Assembly (NCBI RefSeq): GCF_902713615.1 | Contig: NC_052151.1 | Span: 118,764,123-118,828,122 of the forward strand | DNA length: 64,000 bases | DNA from: Scyliorhinus canicula | Taxonomy: Eukaryota | Direction of reading: 5' to 3' | Part shown: piece after piece, positions 47,801 to 60,380 of the stretch | Layout: every line of letters begins with the position of its first letter | Numbering within the stretch: the first letter of the stretch is position 1 | The notes under the pieces: model-generated | Databases searched by the model: none | Told to the model about the DNA's origin: nothing | The model's input: the letters and a program-made list of their open reading frames with translations, nothing else | Program-made: the position numbers and the translations under genes

Positions 47801-50444
47801 CGGTCGAATTTTACAAAATGTATACAGACCTGTTGGGCCCCCTGTTGGTTAGGACCTATAACGAGGCAAGGGAGGGCGGGGGGGGGGCTTTGCCCCCGAC
47901 TATGTCACGGGCGCTGATTTCCTTGATCCTTAAACGGGACAAGGACCCCCTACAGTGTGGATCATATAGGCTGATCTCGTTGTTAAATGTGGATGCCAAG
48001 CTGTTGGCGAAGATCTTGGCCACAAGGATAGAGGACTGTGTGCCGGGGGTCATTCATGAGGACCAGACGGGGTTTGTGAAGGGAAGGCAGCTGAACACCA
48101 ATATACGTAGGCTTCTGAATGTTATAATGAAGCCGGCGGTAGAAGGGGAGGCGGAGATAGTGGTAGCATTAGACGCGGAGAAGGCCTTTGATAGGGTTGA
48201 GTGGGGGTACTTGTGGGAGGTGCTGGAAAGGTTTGGGTTCGGGGAGGGGTTTGTTCGTTGGGTGAGGCTGCTATATGAGGCCCTGATGGCGAGCGTAGCC
48301 ACGAATAGGAGGAGATCGAAGTACTTTGGGTTGTACCGGGGGACGAGGAAGGGGTGTCCCCTGTCCCCTTTGCTCTTTGTGTTGGCAATTGAAACCCTGG
48401 CCATGGCGTTGAGGGAGTCGAGGAATTGGAGGGGTCTGGTGCAGGGTGGGGAGGAGCAGCGAGTGTCATTATACGCAGATGACTTGTTGCTTTATGTGGC
48501 AGATCCAGTGGGGGGGAATGCCGGAGGTGATGCAGATCCTTAGGGAATTTGGGGGCTTTTCTGGGTACAAGCTCAACCTGGGTAAGAGTGAGCTGTTCGT
48601 TGTGCACCCGGGGGATCAAGAGGAGGGGATTGGTAGGCTCCCGCTGAAAAGGGCGGGGTGGAGCTTTAGGTACCTGGGAGTCCAGGTGGTTAGGAGCTGG
48701 GGGGCCCTTCACAAGCTTAACCTCACTAGGCTGGTGGAGCAAATGGAGGAGGAGTTCAAAAGATGGGACATGTTGCCGCTGTCGGGCAGGGTGCAGTCAG
48801 TCAAGATGATGGTGCTCCCAAGGTTTTTGTTCCTGTTCCAGTGCCTCCCCATCCTTATCCCGAAGGCCTTTTTTAGGAGGGTCAACAGGAGTATTACGGG
48901 ATTTGTATGGCCGCATGGGACTCCGAGGGTGAGAAGCGTGTTTTTGGAGCGGGGCAGGGATGGGGGGGGGGGGGGGCTGGCATTGCCCAACCTCTGTGGG
49001 TACTATTGGGCTGCCAATGCAGCGATGGTGCGTAAGTGGGTAATGGACGGGGCAGGGGCAGCATGGAAGAGGATGGAGATGGCGTCCTGCGTGGACACGA
49101 GCCTGGAGGCGCTGGTAACGGCACCGTTGCCGCTCCCTCCATCGAGGTATACCACGTGCCCGGTGGTGGTGGCTACCCTCAAATTTGGGGGCAACGGAGA
49201 CGGCATAGTGGGGATATGGGGGGCGCGATGGAGTCCCCGAAACGGGGGAACCACCGGTTTGTTCCAGGGAGCATCGATGGCGGGTTTCTGGGCTGGCACA
49301 GGGTAGGTATTAGGAGGTTGAGGGACCTGTTTGTGGATTGGAGGTTTGCGAGCCTGGGTGCGTTAGAGGGGAAGTTTGGGCTCCCCCCGGGGAACATGTT
49401 TAGGTACATGCAGGTTAGGGCGTTTTCCAGGCGGCAGGTGGAGGGGTTCCCTCTGCTGCCCCCACGTGGGGTACGGGACAGGGTGCTCTCGGGGGTGTGG
49501 GTTGGAGGGGGGACAATTTCGGACGTGTACCACGTCATGCAGGAGGTGCATGAGGTCTCGGTGGAGGAGCTGAAGGGTAAATGGGAGGAGGAGCTGGGTG
49601 AGGAGATCGAGGAGGGGACGTGGGCGGATGCCCTGGAAAGAGTGAATTCCTCCTCTTCCTGTGTGAGGCTTAGCCTCATACAGTTCAAGGTGCTGCACAG
49701 GGCCCACATGACTGGGACGAGGATGAGTCGGTTTTTCGGGGGCGAGGACAGGTGTGCTAGGTGCTCGGGGAGCCCAGCGAACCACGCCCATATGTTCTGG
49801 GCATGCCCAGCGCTGGGGGAGTTTTGGAAGAGGGTAGCAAGGACGGTGTCGAGGGTGGTAGGATCCAGGGTCAAGCCAGGCTGGGGACTCGCAATTTTTG
49901 GGGTTGCAGTGGAGGAGGGAGTGCAGGAGGTGAAAGAGGCCGATCTGGCCTTTGCGTCCCTAGTAGCCCGGCAGAGGATCTTGTTTCAATGGAAGGATGC
50001 GAGGCCCCCAAGCATGGAGGCCTGGATCAATGATATGGCGGGGTTCATCAAAGTGGAGAAGGTGAAATTTGCCCTGAGGGGATCAGTACAGGGGTTCTTT
50101 GGGCGGTGGCAGCCTTTCTTCGACTTCCTGGCAGAACAGTAGGAAAACAGGCCGGCAGCAGCAGCAACCCGGGGGAGGGGGGGGGGGGGGAGGAAGGGAG
50201 AGGGGGGGGGGGGGGGGTTTGTTTCGGGGGAAGGGAGAAATGTGTATATATGTTTATTGAATTGGCCGGGTGTTTATCTATTTCTTCTTTTTGTAGTTAC
50301 TGGGGGGGGGGGGGGGGGGGGGGGGGTTGGTTTTGGGGGTTAGTGTGTTTTTCTTTTTGTTGTTGTTAATACTGTATTCTTGTTGTTATTTTCTGTTTTT
50401 GATATGTTTTTGAAAATCTCAATAAAAATTATTTAAAAAAAAAA
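44857..50444 (+). mobile_element. Full-length but inactivated L1-clade LINE
   Basis: 15-bp TSD ATGAATAGATCGCCT (44842-44856, 50445-50459); starts GACTTCCGGT; ORF1 coiled-coil plus RSRRKYLRILGL..EG (~45070-45815); ORF2 from ~46385 with APE motifs TWNVRGLN, LQEAH, NVYAPN; RT motifs KAPGPDGF, LDAEKAFDRVEW, GCPLSPLLF, YADD; C-terminal CARC..HAHMFWAC; AATAAA and poly(A). Multiple frameshifts and stops. Confidence 0.95.
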
Positions 50445-52068
50445 ATGAATAGATCGCCTAATGGTTGGGGCTGGGGAGGGGTAATGGGGGGGGGGGTTCT
50501 GAAATGGAGGGGTGGGGCTCAAAAGAGGCATGAAAAGGAGGGTCCCTCAGCTACCCCATAGCCGAGTGACCTCATTTGGTTGGGGTGGGGTGGGGGAGAG
50601 TGAAATTGCCTGTGGGTGGGAGATGTGGGGCCCACAAACGGGGACAGGTCGAACAGCACTTGGGGAGGGTGGGCGGGGATCTCACAGGCGATCAGTGACC
50701 CGCCCCAGGTAACTGGACAGGGTGGCACCCTAGCACTGATGCCACCTGGGCACCTTTGCACTACCAGCCTTGCACCCTGACAGTGCCACTTGGCTACCCT
50801 GGCACTGCCACCTCGTCATCAGCCTGGCACTGCCAGGGTGCCCAGGTGGTGCTGGCATGGATACTGCCAGGCCGGCAGTGCCAAGGTGCCCAGAAGTAAC
50901 GCTTTGTTTTTGGTAAGATCATGCTCTAAGTTTGGGTAAATACCATTGCGGTTCTCACTGAAAAAAACGGGAGAGATTCTCTGCCAAACTCACCCAAAAT
51001 GACAGATTTAAAAAAAAAATGTTTTTATTCAGGTTTCTCATTTTATACAATACAAAATAAACACGTCTGTGTAGACCAGATACAATTTACAAAAGCCAAA
51101 CATTGGAGGGAACCCCCAAGTCCCTACCCCCCCCCCCCCCCTTACCCATCACCAACTCCCCTGCCCCTTTTATATTACTTTACTCAATTTTTACATCTGT
51201 ACATTGTACAATAGGTGAACGAGACAGTTCGATGTATAGTTTTGTTACTGTTGGCCATATTATTCGCAGCACAGTGGTTAGCACTGTTTCTTCACACTGC
51301 CAGGGTCCTGGGTTCGATTCTCAGATTGGGTCACTGTCTATGCAGAATCTGCACGTTCTCCTCGTGTCTGCGTGATTTTATTCCGGATGCTCGGTTTCCT
51401 CCCACAAGTCACGAAAGTCGTGCTTGTTAGGTGAATTAGACATCCTGAATTCTCCATCCGTGTAGCGAACAGGTGCCGGAGTGTGGTGACTAGGTAATTG
51501 CATTGCAGTGTTAATGTAAGCGTACTTGCGGCACTAATAAAGATTATTTAATATGGCTTTGTTGGGCGGGTGGGCCTTCTGGCCCCCTCTTCGGTCTCTT
51601 TCCATTTCTAGCTACCTGTGTGATAGGTAACCAGTGCTACTCAATCCTTGGCTGATGGTGATGAAGAAGACTCTAACTTGTCCAGTTACAATAAAGGTTT
51701 ATTCAGTAACTATAACAGCAAGTGCATGAGTTCTTTACTTTAACTTTGATACTAATGATAAGGTTAACAACATCCAACAACAGTAACTATATGTAACTCC
51801 ACTAACTGTCTGTAGTATTCTAATATTACCCTGATCACAGTGCACCCGAGAGAGAGAGCGAGTAAGCGCGAGAGAGAGAGAGACTGAGGGAGACACAATG
51901 TGGTTGCTTTTTGTATCCCTGTTGGTCTGGCCCTCTAGTGATCATGTGGTGCTGCTGATTATACATTGACCCCTTGTGTACATGCGCATACAGAAATCAC
52001 TACATCCAGCCTTTTTTCTTGTGTTACATATTTTCTGTATGTTGTAAAGAAAATTGAACAAACATAAT

Positions 52069-52986
52069 AACAAAGAAAATTACAGCACAGGAACAGGCCC
52101 TTCGGCCCTCCCAGCCTGCGGCGATCCAGATCCTTTATCTGAACCTGTCTCCTATTTTCCAAGGTCTACTTCCCTCTGTTCCCGCCCATTCATATACCTG
52201 TCTAGAAGCTTCTTAAATGATGCTATCGTGCCCGCCTCTACCACCTCCGCTGGTAAAGCGTTCCAGGCACCCACCACCCTCTGCGTAAAAAACTTTCCAC
52301 GCACATCTCCCTTAAACTTTCCCCCTCTCACCTTGAAATCATGACCCCCCTTGTAACTGACACCCACACTCTTGGGAAAAGCTTGTTGCTATCCACCCTG
52401 TCCATACCTCTGATAATTTTGTAGACCTCAATCAGGTCCCCCCTCAACCTCCGTCTTTCCAATGAAAACAATCCTAATCTACTCAACCTTTCTTCATAGC
52501 TAGCACCCTCCATACCAGGCAACATCCTGGTGAACCTCCTCTGCACCCTCTCCAAGGCATCCACATCCTTCTGGTAATGTGGCGACCAGAACTGCATGCA
52601 GTATTTCAAATGTGGCCGAACCAAAGTCCTATACAACTGTAACATGACCTGCCAACTCTTGTACTCAATACCCCGTCCGATGAAGGCAAGCATGCTGTAT
52701 GCCTTCTGAACCACTCTATCAACCTGCGTTGCCACCTTCAGGGTACAATGGACCTGAACTCCCAGATCTCTCTGCACATCAATTTTCCCCAAGACCCTTC
52801 CATTGACCATATAGTCCGCTCTTGAATTTGATCTTCCAAAATGCATCACCTCGCATTTGCCTGGATTGAACTCCATCTGCCATTTCTCTGCCCAACTCTC
52901 CAATCTATCTATATTTTGTTGTATTCTCTGACAGTCCAACTCGCTATCTGCAACTCCACCAATCTTAGTATCATCTGCAAACTTGC
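52069..52986 (-). mobile_element. 5'-truncated CR1 LINE (C-specific)
   Basis: SKFADDTKIGG..LERVQRRFTRM..LRGDLIEVYKI; flanked by TAAT on both sides; empty site in A and B. Confidence 0.92.
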
Positions 52987-55509
52987 TAATGGATGCAGTT
53001 TTCTTGAGGCAGGTAGACAAATAATGCTGTGTACTATTTGTGATGATAATGATGATTATACAAAGCCAATTAATATCTATGAGTCCAATCTCAATAAAAA
53101 AAGAGTCTGTGAGTCCAAACTTCATGAATTTATTCGGTTGAGTTGCTTTCTTCTTCTGTTGTTGAAGTGGTGATGTTGATGTTGTTATATCTTTGTGAAC
53201 GTCATCAGTGTTCCTGTGTTTAAGTAACCCAGAAGTCAGCAATGAGATGTTTGAACGTTCAAATCACTTTGTTGTCTGATTTATACTTTTTTGTTTTCTA
53301 TGCTTGTGGTAGCGATGCTGTGCTACATCTTTGTTGTCTGACCTGGACTTTTTCTTGTGTTTGTGGTATTGATTCTGTATGTCATCTTTGTCGTCTGACC
53401 TGGACTTTTTCCTGTGCATGTGGTCTTGATTCTGTATGTCATCTTTGTCATCTGACCTGGACTTTTTCTTGTGTGTGGTATTGATTCTGTATGTCATCCT
53501 TCTTGAAAGCTGGTTTGCTTGTTTGTTGTGGAGCAAATGTGAATTTGTGAGATTCTTTGTCATGCCATGGCATGTTTGTACTCTTGTCATTGTTTTGCTT
53601 CTTGTTGTTTTTGTGTTCTTGTAGTTTGTGTTGTTGTTGTGCTTCTTGTTTCACTCAATGAGTGTTCCGTGTGGACAATTTGAATAATTGTCACAGTTAT
53701 TGGCGTCAGTGTCCTTTGTGGTGTCTGTTACATTGAGCGTTCCTTTTGAGAATTCTGAGATGTTGTATTGATGTTCATGACGTCAGTCATTTGTGGTGGA
53801 TTTGATTGCACTCCTTTGTTTCCTTGGTGCCCCTCTGCTGGAGACATTTCCGGTACATTTCAATCATCTGTGATCACTTTATGCTCCTTTTCAGGAGTTA
53901 TTTCTGGTTCATTTGAATCACCTTTGATTTCTTGGTGCTCCTCTTCTGGAGTCAAAATCTTCAAGATTTCAATTGACGTGGTCTCAAGATCCAAGAGTAG
54001 TCCTACTCTGTGCTTCTGTATAGACGAGCTGAGATCTGTCAGTCTCACTGCGATCCTGCAAACTCTGTATGTCGGGTGTGATCACTTTATCACTGTTTTC
54101 ACACACAGTGGATAGACATTCAGTGTCTTCTTGCCGGTTAAATGAGCTGAGTAGACTTTCATAGTCTGCTGCTGGTTGATCAGATAAGGTGCATAGACCT
54201 TCATAGTCTTCTTCGTGCACGGTTGTCGCTCTGGAGTCTTTAATTGTTTCCATTCTGGAGTCTGTCGCCGTGGAGGCCTGTATTGCTCTCTCTGTGGAGT
54301 CTTTCATCGCTCTCTCTGTGGAGTCGTGCAGTGTTCTCTCTGTGGAGTCCATTTGTGCTCTCTGCGTGGCATCGCCTTATTCTTGGATATTGCTGTCATC
54401 CAATGTATCGACGATCAGGGTATTGGATTCATCTACCCTGAGAAGATTCGTGTTGAGCTTTTCAACCGTGGTGCTGTTGCAATGACCATCAATTCCGAAT
54501 AACTCATCCATGTCTGAGCAGTAGTCTTCAATGAACAAATCATCTCTTTTCATTTCGGATTTGTCACTGGTATTTCTATGTCCAATGAGGAACTCATCAT
54601 CTCAGTAGTAATCATCAATGAACAAATCCTCTCTTTTTACTTTGGATTTGTAATTGTGCTCTCCTCTTTGGGTGTTGCAAACTGATTGTTCCAGGGTGCT
54701 GCGGAGGTAATCTTTAACTGTGGGTGGAGGCTCGGGCTTCATTCTGTCGTTCGAGGAAAAAAGTTTGTGTTTTGTCGCTTTAAATTTATTTTTTGCAATT
54801 TTCGAGCATTTCCCTTTTAAGTGGGCGTGGTCCGGGTCCTCTGACATCATGACGCTGGTGACGTAAAGCGAGGAATCGATTGCGCATGTGCCGTCCGAAC
54901 TTCCTTGACTGTGCACTCTTTTCGCAACTGCATGCAAGTGTATTTTGCCGTTTTTAAATCTGAGAAGTGCTCATGTGCGTATTGGTTGGAACGCTCTCTC
55001 TCAAGATGGCTGCCAATCAGAAAGTGCTGTTGCATCGAGTGAGATCCTGCCTCTGCCTCGTGGTAAGTTTTTTCTTTGCATAAATTGAAGGTACTGATTT
55101 ATTTTGTGTTCATGCACTACCCACTGTTTAATCGCGATTTCTAGAGTTAGATACTGTTGTTGTGAAAGTTCTTTCACTAATGTTTTATCAGATAGTCCGT
55201 AAATTAATTGATCTATTATCATAGCATCTCTGAGATCAGCATAATTACAGCCTTGTGCTAGTACCTGGAGGTCTGCAATAAAATAAATGATTGATTCTCC
55301 AAATCTCTGGCACCTATTATGAAATTTAAGTCTTTCGAGCATCTCACCAGACTGACTCTTCACACTTCTTCAAATTTTGCGATAATTTGCGCAACGGTCA
55401 TGTCATTACTTTCCAGAAATAGATTAAATCATTGAAGGAAAATTTTCCAATTATACTGGAGATTAGTAGAGGTTCTGAGGTGTTCTGGAGCTGGAAGTCA
55501 GTCCATCTT

Positions 55510-55737
55510 TTTTTTTTTATAAATTTAGATTATCCAATTATTTTTTCCAATTAAGGGGGCAATTTCGTGTGGCCAATCCACCTACTCTGCACATTTTTGG
55601 GTTGTGGGGGCGAAACCCACGCAGACACGGGGAGAATGTGCAAACTCCACACGGACAGTGACCCAGAGCCGGGATCGAACCTGGGACCTCAGCGCCGTGA
55701 GGCAGCTGTGCTAACCACTAGGCCACCGTGCTGCCCT
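55510..55737 (-). mobile_element. tRNA-derived V-SINE with poly(A) tail (C-specific)
   Basis: Head GGGCAGCACGGTGGCCTAGTGGTTAGCAC, B-box GGTTCGATCC; 18-bp TSD TGGAAGTCAGTCCATCTT (55492-55509, 55738-55755). Confidence 0.88.
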
Positions 55738-55982
55738 TGGAAGTCAGTCCATCTTACCGGTTTTTTTGTTTTGCCTGAGAAGTCCAAATGCTGCGATGCC
55801 TTCCGTGGTCGAATATTTATCCAAATTTTTTTTTCCTCTTGTTATCTAACCTTCTCTAACTAGTTCTGTTAAAGCCACTCACCTGGTACCATGTCTAGCT
55901 ACCTGTGTGACAGGTAACTCGTTATACTCAATCCTTGGTTGATGGTGAGATCTTCTGAATCTTGATGAAGATTCTTGATGAA

Positions 55983-56163
55983 AATGAAAATCGCTTATTG
56001 TCACGAGTAGGCTTCAATGAAGTTACTGTGAAAAGCCCCTAGTCGCCACATTCCGGCGCCTGTCCGGGGAGGCTGGTACGGGAACCGTGCTGCTGGCCTG
56101 CTTGGTCTGCTTTAAAAGCCAGCGATTTAGCCTTGTGAGCTAAACCAGCCCTAGACTAAACCA
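55983..56163 (-). mobile_element. Second tRNA-derived SINE family (C-specific)
   Basis: Head GGGCTGGTTTAGCTCAC; GATGAA on both flanks; empty in the A and B LTRs. Confidence 0.75.
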
Positions 56164-59100
56164 GATGAAGTCATCCAGTAACAACAAAGGTTTATTGAGT
56201 AACTATAACAACAAGTGCATGCGTTCTTTACTTTAATTTTGATGCTTGTGATAAGATTAACACGATCCAACAACAGTAACTATATGTGACTCCACTATAT
56301 GTACTATTCTAACATTACCTTGATCACAGTGCACGAGAAAGAGAGAGGGAGAGACTGAGGGAGACACAATGTGGTTGCTTTTTGTATCCCTGTTGGTCCG
56401 GCCCTCTAGTGATCATGTGGTGCTGCTGATTACACATTAACCCCTTGTGTACATGCACATACAGAGATCACTACACCGTGTGCCCTACTGATTTTTCCCT
56501 GGGTATGTCCCTTGCTGCTACCCTTCCTCCCACCTGTGGCTGTGGTCTGCCGGGCCTCCCTGGCACTATTGACACTGGTCTTCCACCTCCAGGAAGAACC
56601 TGTTCATGTGGGTTCTGGTTAGGTGCAATCTGTGCACCACTTTGTACTGCATGAAGCTTAGCCTTGCGCAGGAGGTGTTCGAGTTCGCCCTGCTCAGTGC
56701 TTCACTCCAGAGTCCCCACCCTATGTCTGTCCCTAGTTTGTCCTTCTACATCTGTCTTTCTCCATGTAATGGTGTTCTCACCTTCCTAACAGTTGTCTCT
56801 AAATGTCCCCACAGTTCCCCTTCTCAATACTGTCCACGTCTAGCAGTTCCTCCAGCAATGTGTCTCTCAGGGCCCGAGGGTACATCGCCGTCTCCTTGCG
56901 GAAAAAGTTTTTGACTTGCAAGTGTTGGAGTTCCTGTCCGTTCGGTAGCTCCAGTCTTCCTGTCAGCTGGTCCAGGGTTGTGAGTCTGTCCCCCATGTAA
57001 AAGTCCCAAATCTCTAGCTTCCCCCCAGCCTGTCTCCACGTCTTAACAATGGTGTCAAGCATGGCTGGTGGGAATTTGTGGTTACCACATATGTGGGCCA
57101 TGGTGGACATCCCGGTTAAGCCGATGTGCTGTCTCATCTGGTTCCAGATTTTAACATGGCTACCACCACTGGGCTGGATGTGTACTTTCCCAGGGTGGTT
57201 GGGAGCACTGTCATGGCTGGGACTGGGAGAGTTGTTCCTGTACAGGAGGACTCCTCCATTTTCACCCATTCCTTGCTCGGCTCCCTTACTCACCCCCTCA
57301 CTCTCTCGGCTGTGGCTTTGGCGGTATTGCGGGTTCGGAAGGGCTCGGCCTCCCATATTTCTTCTCTACAGGTGTATTTTTAAGGATTCTTGCCCATACA
57401 AACGCCACAATCATTTTGTCTAATCCTTGAAAAAAGGCCTTGGGGATGAAGATCGGTTTGGATCTTCTCAATGGTATTGAAATTTCAGAGTTAAGATCCT
57501 GACCAGTGAGGTCCTAATTGAGAGAGCTAGGTTACATTTAGGCTACATTTAGTCTTTTCTGTGACCCTCCCTGGTAACTTGATCTAGATCGTACTATTTA
57601 TTTCAACGTTTTAACTAGTTTTGGTCTTTAAAAGGTTTTTGGTATTTGATAGAATTTCAGTCCCCTTCATAACGATAAAACTGGGACAGCAAACCCTGTG
57701 GAGAAACAGGGATTCAGTCTGAACTTCCACATTTAACTACAGATGTGCAGATACTGGAAGTTGTGCTATCAGCCTTGCACTGTCATGGTGCAAATACTGA
57801 CATTTTCACTGTTACAAATTCCAGGTCAATGTAGATAAATATATCTAAGAAAGGTGAGGCCATTGCTTTCAATGGATCATGTACAGTTTGCATTGCTTTG
57901 CCCGTCACTAATTTATACCAACTGCGATAGATGATTAACCATTGCTAAAGCCAGTGAAACGGGCAAGTTTCTATTCTGGTGGACTGCTCCTCTCAGCCAA
58001 TTTGATGATCAAGTCCTCAGCCACGTGTGGTATCAATCTAGGCCAGAGTTGGTTCAGTCGGATTCAAGCCCTGGAATGTGGCTAGACAGCCGATCTCAGC
58101 TCAGAAGATTTATTTAATAACTCATTGTAACTTTGGCATTTCTATTTGCTAATCTAGTCAGCAATGCCAAAAAACGATAATCATGAATTTGGGATTATCA
58201 TACCTGAAAAGTTATAACTAATGAGTCAATCAAAAAATGACTTAAGATATATTAGTGGATAGGTAACAGTACAGATTCCATTTAAAATTAAATATTTCAA
58301 TTAAAATAATAGAATCCCAGCGTGTAGAAAGAGGCTGTTGTGTTATTCACCCTGGGGTAACACGGACTGCAACTGGATGCAGTTGTACTTGAAAGTAGAC
58401 TCCAAACTGTGATGTTAACTCAATATGCTTTATTGAACTTGCTACAGTGCACAGTTTGCTGTGGGCTTGCACTCCACTAATCTAAGCATGCTTACTATAA
58501 CTAAACTAGTCAAGACTAGCTCATGAGCCATGTGTAGACGGTGCTAACTGATACATACGCCCTGACTGTCACTACAGTTGGCACCAGTGGAAAGAGGCGG
58601 AGTGTTGATGCCTCATGTGTTTTATAGTGAGAGACCACCTTCTAGTGTTCTGCCTGGTGATTGGTTGTATTCTGTCCGGTGTGTTTATTGGCTGTTTGTA
58701 TCTCATTATATGCCTGAGTGCATATTATGACAAGGCCATTCTGCTCATCATGCCTGTGCTACTTCTTTGAAAGTGCGACCCAGATTGTCCCATTCCAGAT
58801 TTTCCCCTTAATCCCTTCAATTAACCCCTTCAAGAACATATCCAGTTGCTCTTTCAAAGTTCAGATCATACGTTTCAGATTTTACCAAGCATACATCATT
58901 TCCCCACAAGTTGTTTCGCAAACTACTTTAACCTCTATTTTGAATATGTGCACGAGGTCTCTGTTAAACTTCCTTATTTCCAAAAACAATCCCATCATCT
59001 CCAGTCTCTACGACGATGCCAGACCAGACCCCAACCGTGGCTGGATACTGGTCAGAAACCCCCAATATTTTATACGACTGAGGGGAAAAGGATAAGTCAC

Positions 59101-60380
59101 TCCATGAATCATTTCATGCAAAATAGGCATTATGGTATAGTATTAAAATTTCTTTAAAATCAGAGAGTCATAGAATTTACAATGCAGAAGGAGGCCATTC
59201 AGCCCATCCAAGTCTACGTCAGTTCCTGAAAGAGTAAAGCCCACACCTCCACCCTAGCCCCGTAACCCAGCAATCCCACCTAATGTTTGGACACTACAGA
59301 GTAATTTAGCATGACAAATCCACTGAACCTGCACATCTGGACTGTGGTAGGAAACTGGAGCACCTGGAGGAAATCCATGCAGACATGGAAAGAATGCGGA
59401 CTCCGCCCGGAGAGTGACCGAAGCTGGGAAATTGAGCCAGGTCACAACAACTCCCTCTTGGACTCTCCCTGTTCCTCAATCTCGTCAGTCCAAGCTCATC
59501 TTGTCCCTGATTAAATGGACAGGTTCAGTTGCTCGTTCTTAATTCCGTATGATGGGATTATTTCTACAGACCCACCCTGCCAAATCCTTCAATGCCTCAA
59601 TCTTGATCACAGGAAGATTCAAACTCAGTTCTTAAGCCCCAGTCTTCATTCTGGCCAATCAGCATCAAGCCGCCCCAGTCTTCATTCTGGCCAATCAGCA
59701 TCAAGCCTGCTCAGAACAAGATGTCTCCTTCGATGTTTAAATGTTCGATTCCCAAATCCTGATACGAGAGCTCGAAAGCAGAATAATCAGATCAGAGGGG
59801 CCACCGTTCCATTAGCCTCAATTAAAAACCATGCAGTTATCAGATTCCATCTGTATCACTTACCAGCAAACAGTTAGATATCAGAGACCTGAATGAAGTT
59901 CAGGCACCAGATCAGATCTGGGGATCAGCACATGTCAGTTCGACAGTCACAGATTGTTTTCCCCCCTGGAGCGGGGGGAAATACAGAGTGTTCCCCTATC
60001 CAGGGGACAGGTGACCTCCTGGGGAGAGAGAAGACAGCCCCACCAGCCAGGCTCAGCTCCTTAAACAGGTCCTAGACCTACTCACATCCCCTCCCCCACC
60101 AGCCCGGCTCAGCTCCTTTAAACAGGTCCTAGACCTACTCACATCCCCTCCCCCACACTGTGGCCAAACAGGGGTGGGAAGAGAAAGAGGGGGCCTGAAA
60201 TAGACAGAAAATTAACAGCCCTCACAGAAACAACCCTTTCAAGTAAGAACCATTCAAAGAGATGTGGTTCTTGCAGCTTTTGGGTGCATAAACCCCAGTC
60301 ATTATTTCCATGGACTCAGACTAATGAAATACAGAGACCAATTAGCTCCCAGACACAAGGAATCACTGCTTTATTGATAA

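Larger units (their letters stand above)
51605..56475 (-). mobile_element. Same LTR element, unit C, with three nested insertions
   Basis: LTRs 56475-55892 and 52004-51605; most complete gag (55363-55001). Confidence 0.8.

Noticed and set aside
52328-53242. 304-aa ORF fusing LTR-internal sequence to a CR1 RT C-terminus
   Set aside because: Chance in-frame junction of a 5'-truncated CR1; lacks most of RT and has no promoter evidence.
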